Assembly: GCA_029884455.1 (NCBI GenBank)
Contig: JAOUHU010000005.1
Span: 38,300 to 102,299 of the forward strand
Direction of reading: 5' to 3'
DNA length: 64,000 nucleotides
From: Gammaproteobacteria bacterium
Lineage (GTDB): Bacteria > Pseudomonadota > Gammaproteobacteria > Steroidobacterales > Woeseiaceae
A program made the position numbers and the translations under genes. How positions within the stretch are numbered: the first letter of the stretch is position 1; every line of letters starts with the position of its first letter. This document shows, in pieces, positions 1 to 9,102 of this stretch. The notes below the pieces were generated by a model. The model searched no databases and was not told the origin of the DNA. It worked only from the letters and a program-made list of their open reading frames with translations.

Positions 1-48
1 GGGCCGTTTGACATGCTTCACAAACAAAGCCGTGAATTTCTCCGCCAT
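1..48 (-). CDS. First 16 codons of a gene running off the left edge; possible tyrosine integrase N-terminus (arm-binding, DUF4102/P4-like)
   Basis: The reverse complement reads AAGGAG, 6 nt, then ATG GCG GAG AAA TTC ACG GCT TTG TTT GTG AAG CAT GTC AAA CGG CCC = MAEKFTALFVKHVKRP. The xLTxxFVxxxKxP pattern is typical of the start of P4/CP4-57-type integrases. Only 16 aa are visible. Confidence 0.3.
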   Translation of the reverse strand, partial: MAEKFTALFVKHVKRP

Positions 49-466
49 ACTCAGCTCCTTGCACTCGATGTCGAAATCACCAACCCGCCGAGGTACCTTC
101 AAGAGTGGGCTTTGGCTGGATTTCGTCACATCACACTAGCGTATGCGCTCTGCTAAGTGCAAGATAGTAAAGGGATTTTGGACTTCTTCGGATTTCCCCG
201 GAAGCGCGATTTTGGCCCCCCTCTCCGCCATTTTCGAGCAGAACCGGATATTTCTGGAGAACTACTTTTTGCCCGCCGATGTGTGCTTCAGACGTGGGTA
301 GTCAATACTGACACGACAAGAAAGGATCAAGGCAAGAACTGTCGGGAAGCGCCGTCTGCACTACAAACAACACGCCGCGTAAAATGACCATGGGGATCAA
401 AACTCTCCACTAAACAATCGCTTCACCAGTTCCATTCGTTTGACGACGGACAATTCTTCAAGTTTG

Positions 467-1567
467 CTATTGCAGCATTGTTTTTGGAATAAAGTTATTT
501 GTTGAATTGTCCAAATCATGCAATTGCAATATACGAGTTGCCAAATCTTCTAATTCAAATTTGTTGGCTTTATTTAATACCGGCAAATAACTACCTGGTA
601 ATGCTTCAATGCCATGTAGGGCACCTACGATAGAGCCAACCATAGTTGCCACCGTATCAGTATCATTACCAATATTTACTGCTGCCAAAATTGCCTTTTC
701 AGGATCATTTCCGCAGCACGCCAATATTCCAAACACCGCAGGCACAGCTTCACTGGCATGAAGGCCTGTACCTATGATATCTGCAAGTTCTGATACTGCC
801 GATTCCCAGGACGCGTGCTTTTTTCCAATCTGAATGGCCAATTCAATTCTTCTTGCAACACTTGGACCAGCCATCATCATTGCGCCATGTTGCTTCGCAT
901 AGAAATAACCCTGATCTGCACCTTTGGTTGCGGCTTCCATTACATCTTTTAGTGTGACGCCATCTGAAAGTGCAGCATTTACTGCCACTGAAATGGCACA
1001 TGACCCGGATACCGAAATCACATTATTATGAGTAAAATGCGCAATCTGATGCGTCATCGCAATTAATTGTTCCGGTGTTCTCAATGAAAGCATGGAAGCG
1101 GCCCAGGCTTTCATTGCTGCCCCATTAGTAGCCGATGCATTGCCGTTGTTTACCAGAACAACATCCTGCGTTGGCTCGCCTGCTTCAACATTGCCCTGCA
1201 AAGATTGGCGCGTATCCTTAAAAATACGTTGCATTGCCGCACGAGTCGTTGGCCCCGTAAAATTTGTATAGAAAGGGTAGTCCATCCAGCGACTAAACGC
1301 TTTTCTCAATACTTCATCACTAATCTCACCAGAGTGGTCTAGAGCGGCTTCTAAAATATACTTTCCCTGGGTAAAGTCGTCTGTAACCATGCCGGCTTCA
1401 TTGCAACGTCCAAACGTATCTTGTGGCGGCGCAATGAATGTTGTCACCCACCCGTTAAAATCAGTTTTTATCTGCTCAATTGTTCTTAATTCCGTTGCTG
1501 CACCCAGTGCATCGCCAGCAGCAGCTCCAACCAGGCTACCTAAAACCTTGCTATTTAATCTCGACAT
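467..1567 (-). CDS. ADP-ribosylglycohydrolase (ARH/DraG) family protein
   Basis: 366-aa ORF. N-terminal GAAAGDALGAATE motif and C-terminal GNDTDTVATMVGSIVGA motif (the di-metal-binding signatures of the ARH fold). AT-rich codon usage unlike the rest of the window. Confidence 0.85.
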   Translation of the reverse strand: MSRLNSKVLGSLVGAAAGDALGAATELRTIEQIKTDFNGWVTTFIAPPQDTFGRCNEAGMVTDDFTQGKYILEAALDHSGEISDEVLRKAFSRWMDYPFYTNFTGPTTRAAMQRIFKDTRQSLQGNVEAGEPTQDVVLVNNGNASATNGAAMKAWAASMLSLRTPEQLIAMTHQIAHFTHNNVISVSGSCAISVAVNAALSDGVTLKDVMEAATKGADQGYFYAKQHGAMMMAGPSVARRIELAIQIGKKHASWESAVSELADIIGTGLHASEAVPAVFGILACCGNDPEKAILAAVNIGNDTDTVATMVGSIVGALHGIEALPGSYLPVLNKANKFELEDLATRILQLHDLDNSTNNFIPKTMLQ

Positions 1568-2492
1568 CTTGATTTTGTTCCACCATAAACTTTCTTACTG
1601 TGCCTAAATCAGGCAATGCAGACATCGCCCCCTTTTTTTCAACGACCAACGCACCACATGCATTTGAAAACGTAACAGCTTCAATCAATTGATTATCAGT
1701 CCAACTATCCAACGACATAAGTCTGCTAATCAAAGCAGCAATAAATGCATCCCCGGCTCCTGTCGTATCAACCACAGGAACCTTATATCCTGCTATATGA
1801 AACTCAGCTTGTTCGGTCAGTAAGATTGCACCTCTTTCTGCCAGCGTAATAATCTTGATCTTTGCAGGCCACTGCTTGACTACTTTTATCCCTTCTCCAA
1901 TAGAATTCGTGTTGGTGAGAAGCAATAGCTCATCTTCGGACATCTTGGCTATATCAGCCATCTTCAAAGCTTCCAGAGTTGTTGGAACTTTTAACGATTC
2001 GTTGTCCCACATATCAACACGCATATTCGCATCAACACATACGACGGAGCCCGCCATTTTCGCCTTTTTTATCGCGAGAAACGTCGCTTCTCTTGCTGCA
2101 CGCTGAGCGAGTATGAAGGCGCTGACGCAAAGCCAATCATCGTGTTCAAACGCAGGCATATCTGAATTGTTCAATTGCGAATCTGCACTTGGCTTAACCA
2201 TATGCGTGAAATGTCTTTCCCCCGTACTATTTATTGAGATTATGATTAAACCGGTCTTATAACGCTCACTAAAAGACACGTGCTGCGTATTCACTTTTTC
2301 ACGTTCGAGTGTATCTGTTAAGAAGTCAGCAAGCGGATCATTACCAAGTTTAGTAATTAAAGCACTTCTTACACCCAACCTTGACAAAGCCACCGCAACG
2401 TTAGCCCCTGTGCCACCAGGAAACTTCAAGTACTTGTCTCCTTCTGGTATCAAGTCAACTGCAGCATCACCTATCACCCAACACTGTGGCAT
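1551..2492 (-). CDS. PfkB-family carbohydrate/ribo-kinase
   Basis: 313-aa ORF. N-terminal FPGGTGANVAVALSRLG and C-terminal DTTGAGDAFIAAL (PfkB signatures 1 and 2). Its stop overlaps the ARH start by 17 nt. Confidence 0.85.
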   Translation of the reverse strand: MPQCWVIGDAAVDLIPEGDKYLKFPGGTGANVAVALSRLGVRSALITKLGNDPLADFLTDTLEREKVNTQHVSFSERYKTGLIIISINSTGERHFTHMVKPSADSQLNNSDMPAFEHDDWLCVSAFILAQRAAREATFLAIKKAKMAGSVVCVDANMRVDMWDNESLKVPTTLEALKMADIAKMSEDELLLLTNTNSIGEGIKVVKQWPAKIKIITLAERGAILLTEQAEFHIAGYKVPVVDTTGAGDAFIAALISRLMSLDSWTDNQLIEAVTFSNACGALVVEKKGAMSALPDLGTVRKFMVEQNQDVEIK

Positions 2493-2500
2493 ATCGACGC

Positions 2501-3847
2501 CTATTGTCTGTTCGCCAATTTGAGGTCGGAAGAGATCTCATCGTAGTACTCATTACTAATGAAGTATTTGCGCATAATCAATCCGACTGCCAGGTGAAAG
2601 ATTGCAGGTATAACTGTGGCCAATAATGCAATTCCATTTAGCGTAAATTCACTTTGTTCTACGTCAGCTTGATAATTAAAGTAACTCAACAAATATCCCA
2701 ATAAGCCGCCCGCAACACCCATGCCCAATTTTTGGCAAAATGAAATGCCACCAAATGCCAACCCTGAAACTCTAGTGCCTGTTTTTCTATGCCCATAATC
2801 AACAGCTTCTGCAATTGATGACCAGAAAATTGGCATATATTGATCTGCAAAAAACCAAATCAAGAACGTAAACACAAAGGCTAGAGCGATATCGTCTTGA
2901 CCAACGGTGAAGTACATTGCAATACAAAGTACAAATGTCAATATTTGGCTATACCGGAACAGTTTGATTTTGCAGTAAAACTTAGTAATCCAGGTACTCG
3001 CTATCATTGCCAGGATAGAGGCGGTAACACCGGTTGCCAAGAATGGTGAGATCAATATATCTCCGCCATTCAAATAGTATTTAGCGTAATAGGCCCCGAC
3101 GGAGCCTCTTATTACAATGCCACACATCAACAAGACTAAAACGACACACAAGAGAAGCCACTGATCATTAGCAAACAGCAATCTGGCCTGCTCTTTGAGT
3201 TTTGTTTTTTCAATTACAGGTTTTATTCGTTCTTTTGTAGTGAAAAAGCAGACCAGAAATAGTATTGATCCCAAAATTCCCATCAGGCCCATTGCAGGTT
3301 GGTAACCATCACGTATGTTCCCATCCCCCAAATACAGAGCTAAAGCGGGGACAACTATGGTCACAAGAAATGCGGCTACTTTAACAAGAACAAAACGGTA
3401 GCCATTGGCACTTAATCGTTCGACCGGGTCGTCTGTAATAACACCAATTAATGAAATATATGGAATCGTTACAACAGTGAACAGTAAGGTGAGAAGTATG
3501 TAGCTAAAGTACGCCCAAGCCAATTTATACGAATAAGCGAGATCTGGAGTGATAAACGCAAGATAAACAGCCACACCGAAAGGTATGGCAAACCACAACA
3601 TGAACGGTCTGTAGTGACCATGCTTACTATTACACTTGTCCGTGATCATTCCCATTACGGGATCCGAAATCGCATCGATTAAGCGCACTACGATAAACAA
3701 AATACCCATATCTGTAGGATCTAATCCGTAAATGTCGGTATAAAAATAGGCAATAATGAGTTGCATTGTGATCATGACAATGTTGACTGCCATATCACCT
3801 GCACCAAAACCGAGTTTTTCTGTAATACTGAGTTTCATCCCACTCAT
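2501..3847 (-). CDS. Glycoside-pentoside-hexuronide (GPH):cation symporter-type MFS transporter
   Basis: 448-aa polytopic membrane ORF (about 12 hydrophobic segments). The N-terminal LGFGAGDMAVNIV...YFYTD pattern resembles MelB/YicJ/UidB-type carriers. Ends 8 nt before the kinase start. Confidence 0.8.
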   Translation of the reverse strand: MSGMKLSITEKLGFGAGDMAVNIVMITMQLIIAYFYTDIYGLDPTDMGILFIVVRLIDAISDPVMGMITDKCNSKHGHYRPFMLWFAIPFGVAVYLAFITPDLAYSYKLAWAYFSYILLTLLFTVVTIPYISLIGVITDDPVERLSANGYRFVLVKVAAFLVTIVVPALALYLGDGNIRDGYQPAMGLMGILGSILFLVCFFTTKERIKPVIEKTKLKEQARLLFANDQWLLLCVVLVLLMCGIVIRGSVGAYYAKYYLNGGDILISPFLATGVTASILAMIASTWITKFYCKIKLFRYSQILTFVLCIAMYFTVGQDDIALAFVFTFLIWFFADQYMPIFWSSIAEAVDYGHRKTGTRVSGLAFGGISFCQKLGMGVAGGLLGYLLSYFNYQADVEQSEFTLNGIALLATVIPAIFHLAVGLIMRKYFISNEYYDEISSDLKLANRQ

Positions 3848-4300
3848 GAAGACGACCTTTTTTTGCGTTCTTGGGAAGTTCGATCTTTATTTAGAAAATG
3901 ATTAGATATCGTCCACTGCTAACTGTAAAGGTATAACGGCGGAACTGACAGCTTAACCACCGCTGATCGATATTCGTGCGATGAATACCTACGATCGTCA
4001 CTTATTCCCCCGATATCATCAGTTACACGGTTTGGCTCTGCCATCAATTCAACTACATGTGTACCCAAATCCGCATTGAATTTCATGAATAGCTAATTCT
4101 CTGTAGCGCGCGGGAGTATTGCGTGATTGAGTCATGCCTGGTTATACATTGTCGGGCAATTCTTGCGACGTACGCCCCAGCGGCTATTTAGTATTTGCAA
4201 CAACTTCCGTCGAAGGTTCCCTGTAACCCTGTGCACGCGACCGTCGTGACATCGTCCATACTCGATCCATACTGTACGCGTTATTATCAGGACGGCGTCT

Positions 4301-4328
4301 GTGGGTTCGAATCCGACTGTCTCCGCCA
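4301..4328 (+). other. tRNA 3'-end-like fragment (T-arm + acceptor strand + CCA); candidate attR of the upstream island
   Basis: GTGGG-TTCGAAT-CCGAC-TGTCTCC-G-CCA. It has a canonical T-loop, a T-stem with one central mismatch, a 7-nt acceptor 3' strand, discriminator G and CCA. No matching 5' acceptor strand (GGAGACA) lies 70-95 nt upstream, so it is not an intact tRNA. Confidence 0.4.
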
Positions 4329-4379
4329 AGACATAGTCGGTCCTTTGAGGGCCCCTTTGGGTGCGAGCACACAGGATAG

Positions 4380-5447
<1,068 letters not shown>

Positions 5448-5674
5448 GCGAAAACGCGTCGGCAATATCGGTGAATCGGCGGACGCTAGGCGGAGCCGCC
5501 TGCCATTCAGTCTCCGCACGTCGGGATTTGGCAGTCGCTTGGAGGCCGCGGGTATAGCTTGGCTTTTCGGTTCTTCCGCTTCGAAAATGGCGCTCCAGCC
5601 GGCTACAACGTGGTGCGGCACGAAATCACATTGTCGAGTGACGCCATGTCTTACGTTTCGAATAGCAACAGCCG

Positions 5675-5697
5675 TCGGGGGCGCCAACCGCCCCCGA
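5675..5697. terminator. GC-rich hairpin between convergent add and the TAXI-like gene
   Basis: TCGGGGGCG-ccaac-CGCCCCCGA, a perfect 9-bp stem 35 nt beyond the stop of the minus-strand gene. There is no clear U-run on either strand. Confidence 0.35.
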
Positions 5698-5731
5698 TCT
5701 CCCAAGCAATCCATGCAATGCAGTTTGCTAC

Positions 5732-6955
5732 TTATTGCAACTGTTCCAGTACGTCATTCGATAACGTGATGAAAATCTGGAAACTCTCATCCGCAGCAAG
5801 CTGTTCTGCGATCAGTTGATCGAAAGCCGTCTGCTGCAACTCGCAAAGCTGCTGCCTGGCGCGGGCGCGATCCGCCGCGCTGGATTCGGCAGTCACGGAA
5901 TTCCGGATCCTGATCACGTCTGCATAGAAGCGATCTATTCGATTCTTGCGCCTGCGTTTTAGAATGCGGACACCAGCAAGGCCGGCGGAGGCCAGCGCAA
6001 TCAATAATGTCACGAGGACCTCTGCTACTCCGGAATAGCGTTCATACATCGTAGGTTCATCGCGCTGCAGGAAGTCTTGCGTGCCGGTGTGGACGACAAA
6101 GGTCGACCTGCTCACATCGAAACTGTCGTCGAACTGGTCAAAAAGTCCCGGGCTGTTGGCAGCCAACGCGGGACGAAGGCGCCGAATTTCGTTCACCAGG
6201 TCATAGACGATGGCCGGATCCATGTCATTGCGCGTTACCAGCATCTTGTCGGCGGCGACGGTCACGACGGCCGCCAAATTTGCGTCTCCGTAGGTGCTGG
6301 CAGGGATTACGAATGGTCGCAAAGTGGGATTCAGCAGCGCAGCTGCGTCGACGATTGAGCCATTGCCGATATCTTCTGGCTGACCAAGTGAGAACAGCTT
6401 GAATCCAGCCAGCTGATCCCGGTTCTGCGCGGAAATCGGCGCGAACACCACGATCACATCGACGTCGTCGAGATTACCTCCGGTCGTGCGTTCGACATAG
6501 CTAAATGCATCGCGCGGCATATGCAGGCGATCAACAATTCTTTCCAGCATGAGGCGCGACGACGAACCTTCCTCCCCGGCGTACACCCGTGCATTGTTCA
6601 GCAGCGTGTATGCATCAGTAACGTCGCGGCCGGCGCGATAGCCGATGTGTAAAACGCTGGGGTATAACGGCATAACGGCGGCGACATCGGCACGATAGGG
6701 CAAATAGTTCAATACCAGCGCAAGGTCGGCCTCACCCGCCAGCAGCGCGTCCAGGGCTGCCTCACCGGTTTGCGGGACGCTGGTCAGCGTTAATTGGAAA
6801 TTATCGTTTTGTGCCAACAGGGTGGCGAGGCTTTGTGCAATCTCACGATCCATTGGCAACGGCGGTGAAATCAGCCGCAGTTCGGTTGGGTCGCGCTCAC
6901 AAGCGGCTACCAGGAAAAACGCCGCCAGCCACCAGGCTCGTCGCCGGCAGATCAT
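5732..6955 (-). CDS. Membrane-anchored periplasmic solute-binding-like protein (TAXI/NMT1-like domain) with C-terminal TM helix and cytoplasmic helical tail
   Basis: 407-aa ORF with a lipoprotein-type signal (FFLVAAC). The block ALDALLAGEADLALV...LYPSVLHIGYRAG...ARVYAGEEGSSSRLMLERIV resembles TAXI-family TRAP receptors. A TM segment VLVTLLIALASAGLAGV is followed by RRRKNR and an ~80-aa helical tail. No TRAP permease gene is adjacent. Confidence 0.55.
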   Translation of the reverse strand: MICRRRAWWLAAFFLVAACERDPTELRLISPPLPMDREIAQSLATLLAQNDNFQLTLTSVPQTGEAALDALLAGEADLALVLNYLPYRADVAAVMPLYPSVLHIGYRAGRDVTDAYTLLNNARVYAGEEGSSSRLMLERIVDRLHMPRDAFSYVERTTGGNLDDVDVIVVFAPISAQNRDQLAGFKLFSLGQPEDIGNGSIVDAAALLNPTLRPFVIPASTYGDANLAAVVTVAADKMLVTRNDMDPAIVYDLVNEIRRLRPALAANSPGLFDQFDDSFDVSRSTFVVHTGTQDFLQRDEPTMYERYSGVAEVLVTLLIALASAGLAGVRILKRRRKNRIDRFYADVIRIRNSVTAESSAADRARARQQLCELQQTAFDQLIAEQLAADESFQIFITLSNDVLEQLQ

Positions 6956-7136
6956 GCTTGGATAATTCGCGACGCGCGAATTTGACGCGTAAACGCGGTT
7001 TCCAACCGTGTGAAAAGTTCTATTGTCACCGAAGAGCAGATCATGGCATTTGCGCTGTTATTGTTGAAAAGCCACTGTGTTAGAATCGCGCCAATTGAAT
7101 ACCACGATGTCGCAAATAACAATAGGAAACACAGGT

Positions 7137-7853
7137 ATGCATACTTTGAATCAATCGACTATTCTACGCACTGCTGCACTCTGCCTCGGTGCAATCGCGT
7201 TAGCCGGATGTACTACATCGAACCCAAGCATTGATACCGGCCCGGATGCTGAGGCGACGTTTGACGGACTTTACCCGGTAAAGGGCGGGCGCATGGATAA
7301 GGCCTGGGCCAGGCCCGATTTCAGCCTCGAGCCCTATTCGAAAGTCATGCTGCAAGGTGTGGGCATTGAGTATCGTCCGGGTGGGGAAACCGGCCGAACC
7401 TATTATGCAACCTCGACGGGTCGGCATTTTGAGATGTCAGACAAGCAGAAAGCGGCTTTTCAGCAGGTAATGAGCGAGGCATTTGTTGCCGAGCTCGCGA
7501 AGGGCGAGCATTTTGAGATTGTTACCGAGAGCGGTCCCGACGTGCTACTGATACGCGGCGCATTGCTGGACGTAGTTTCTTATGTGCCGCCCGAACAGCC
7601 GGGCAATTCGGAGATCTTCTTAAGCAGGGTGGGTGAAGCGACGCTGGTTTTGGAAATCAGGGATTCGCAGACCGAGGCCATTTTGCTTCGCGCAATCGAT
7701 CGCCGCGCTGCCGAAAGCAGCGCCATGAATTTTACCAATTCAAACCGGGTTACGAACACGGCGGAGGCTCGCCGGCTGGCGCAAGCGTGGGCCAGGATAT
7801 TACGAGAAGGTTTGGACCGATTCATGGCGGCCAACGACGAGGCCGGAGAATAA
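7137..7853 (+). CDS. Lipoprotein, DUF3313-like (family recalled from memory)
   Basis: Start moved to ATG 7137 (AGGAAA upstream). This gives the signal peptide MHTLNQSTILRTAALCLGAIALAGC with a lipobox. Paralogous to the next gene. Confidence 0.55.
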   Translation: MHTLNQSTILRTAALCLGAIALAGCTTSNPSIDTGPDAEATFDGLYPVKGGRMDKAWARPDFSLEPYSKVMLQGVGIEYRPGGETGRTYYATSTGRHFEMSDKQKAAFQQVMSEAFVAELAKGEHFEIVTESGPDVLLIRGALLDVVSYVPPEQPGNSEIFLSRVGEATLVLEIRDSQTEAILLRAIDRRAAESSAMNFTNSNRVTNTAEARRLAQAWARILREGLDRFMAANDEAGE

Positions 7854-7865
7854 TTCCGACCGGCA

Positions 7866-8501
7866 CTAGTTAGCGCCAAGATTCTCGTCGAGGAAGGCCC
7901 GAAAAAGTGCGGCCCAGTGTTGGGCCGCATCTTCGATACTTGCCCAATCGGTGGTTTCGCCGCCAGTCGTTGCAAACGTCGGTGCTTTGGCGCTGTCAGC
8001 GGCGCGCGCCAACACCCGATTGCTGACCGAATCGCGCATTTCCATTAAAAACAGAATTGATCCCGGCTCCGCCAGTTCCATAATGCTTGAGCGCATTTTC
8101 GGAATCTGCGAACCGGTCGAATTACGCAGGTCAACCAGGGACGCTTCGACTGCCATTGTTCGAGGTCCGGGCTCCGTTACGATGACGTAGCCCTCCAGTT
8201 GCGCCAGGAACGCATCACGAAAGATTTGCCGGATGCGCTGCAGGTCCTCTGCGCTGGTCGAGTGACTCTGCGGGAAGTAGATACCAAGCTCGCTGGCGAG
8301 CAGGTTGCTATAGCGGCCGAAATCCGCGTCGATCGCGATTTGTGCGGACTCGACATTCGCGGTCTTGCTGACCCGGAAGCTTTGCGACTCGGTGGTCGTA
8401 GTGACACATGCGGCGAGTGCAAGTGCTGCCGCGGCCACACAGAGTTGGCGTTTTTGCGTTCTCTGTTTACTCTTGCAAGATCTGGTTAGGCGCGTCAACA
8501 T
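7866..8501 (-). CDS. Lipoprotein, DUF3313-like paralogue
   Basis: 211-aa ORF with lipobox LALAAC. Shares conserved blocks with 7137-7853: AF(V/L)AxL...IVTE(S/P)GP, L(V/L)DL/V, E(I/M)RDS, and a C-terminal (A/H)WAxxxRxxLD. Confidence 0.55.
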   Translation of the reverse strand: MLTRLTRSCKSKQRTQKRQLCVAAAALALAACVTTTTESQSFRVSKTANVESAQIAIDADFGRYSNLLASELGIYFPQSHSTSAEDLQRIRQIFRDAFLAQLEGYVIVTEPGPRTMAVEASLVDLRNSTGSQIPKMRSSIMELAEPGSILFLMEMRDSVSNRVLARAADSAKAPTFATTGGETTDWASIEDAAQHWAALFRAFLDENLGAN

Positions 8502-8613
8502 CCTTAATCCCCTGAGTAGCCGCGTGCGGCGGATTGGAGTCAGTCCGGGCAGTCTACCGCAACATTGAGTGCCGACAAACTACGGGGAACAATTGGCATT
8601 CGGAGAGAATATT

Positions 8614-9102
8614 ATGAACATCAGATACTTTCTTGGCATTTCCGCGGCGCTGCTGATTCTGGACGCTCGCGCCACCTTGGCTGAGGAGTCCGATGTGGCG
8701 GCTGACACCGGCGAGGCGCGATTACTGCTGCAGGCGGGCCGTGAGGAAATCATTCGCGAGGAAATGCGGCTCAGTACTGATGAGGATTTGGCATTTTGGC
8801 CGGTTTACGACAGTTACCAAAGTGACCTGACGATAGTTCGAAATCGTTACGCGGTCTTGCTTTCCGACTACATCCAGGCCTACCGCGACGGCGCCGTCTC
8901 GGCAGAGTTCGCTGAGAAACTGGTTGACGAATTCCTGGACATTCAGAGCGAAATACTCAGGATCAAGAAAAAGCACCTGAAGGATTTTCGCAAGGCTCTG
9001 CCGGCGCGAAAGGCGGCGCGGTTTTATCAGCTTGAGAACAAGATGGATGCTGAATTGGAAGGGCAGCTGGCAGTCGTCGTTCCGCTGATTGATCCTGTGT
9101 AA
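8614..9102 (+). CDS. Hypothetical secreted protein
   Basis: Start set at ATG 8614 (GGAGAG 6 nt upstream), giving the signal-like MNIRYFLGISAALLILDARA. The stop directly abuts the guaD ATG at 9103. Confidence 0.5.
   Translation: MNIRYFLGISAALLILDARATLAEESDVAADTGEARLLLQAGREEIIREEMRLSTDEDLAFWPVYDSYQSDLTIVRNRYAVLLSDYIQAYRDGAVSAEFAEKLVDEFLDIQSEILRIKKKHLKDFRKALPARKAARFYQLENKMDAELEGQLAVVVPLIDPV

Noticed and set aside
157-387. 76-aa plus-strand ORF between the integrase-like start and the ARH gene
   Set aside because: No SD, no recognisable family (not AlpA/Xis-like), and Arg/Pro-rich odd composition. I treat it as non-coding island spacer and integrase promoter region.
4132-4329. Possibility of a complete tRNA, tRNA-Sec or second tmRNA here
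   Set aside because: Only the T-arm/acceptor/CCA part is present. No 5' acceptor strand, D-arm or anticodon arm can be drawn within 70-100 nt upstream, and the T-stem carries a mismatch.
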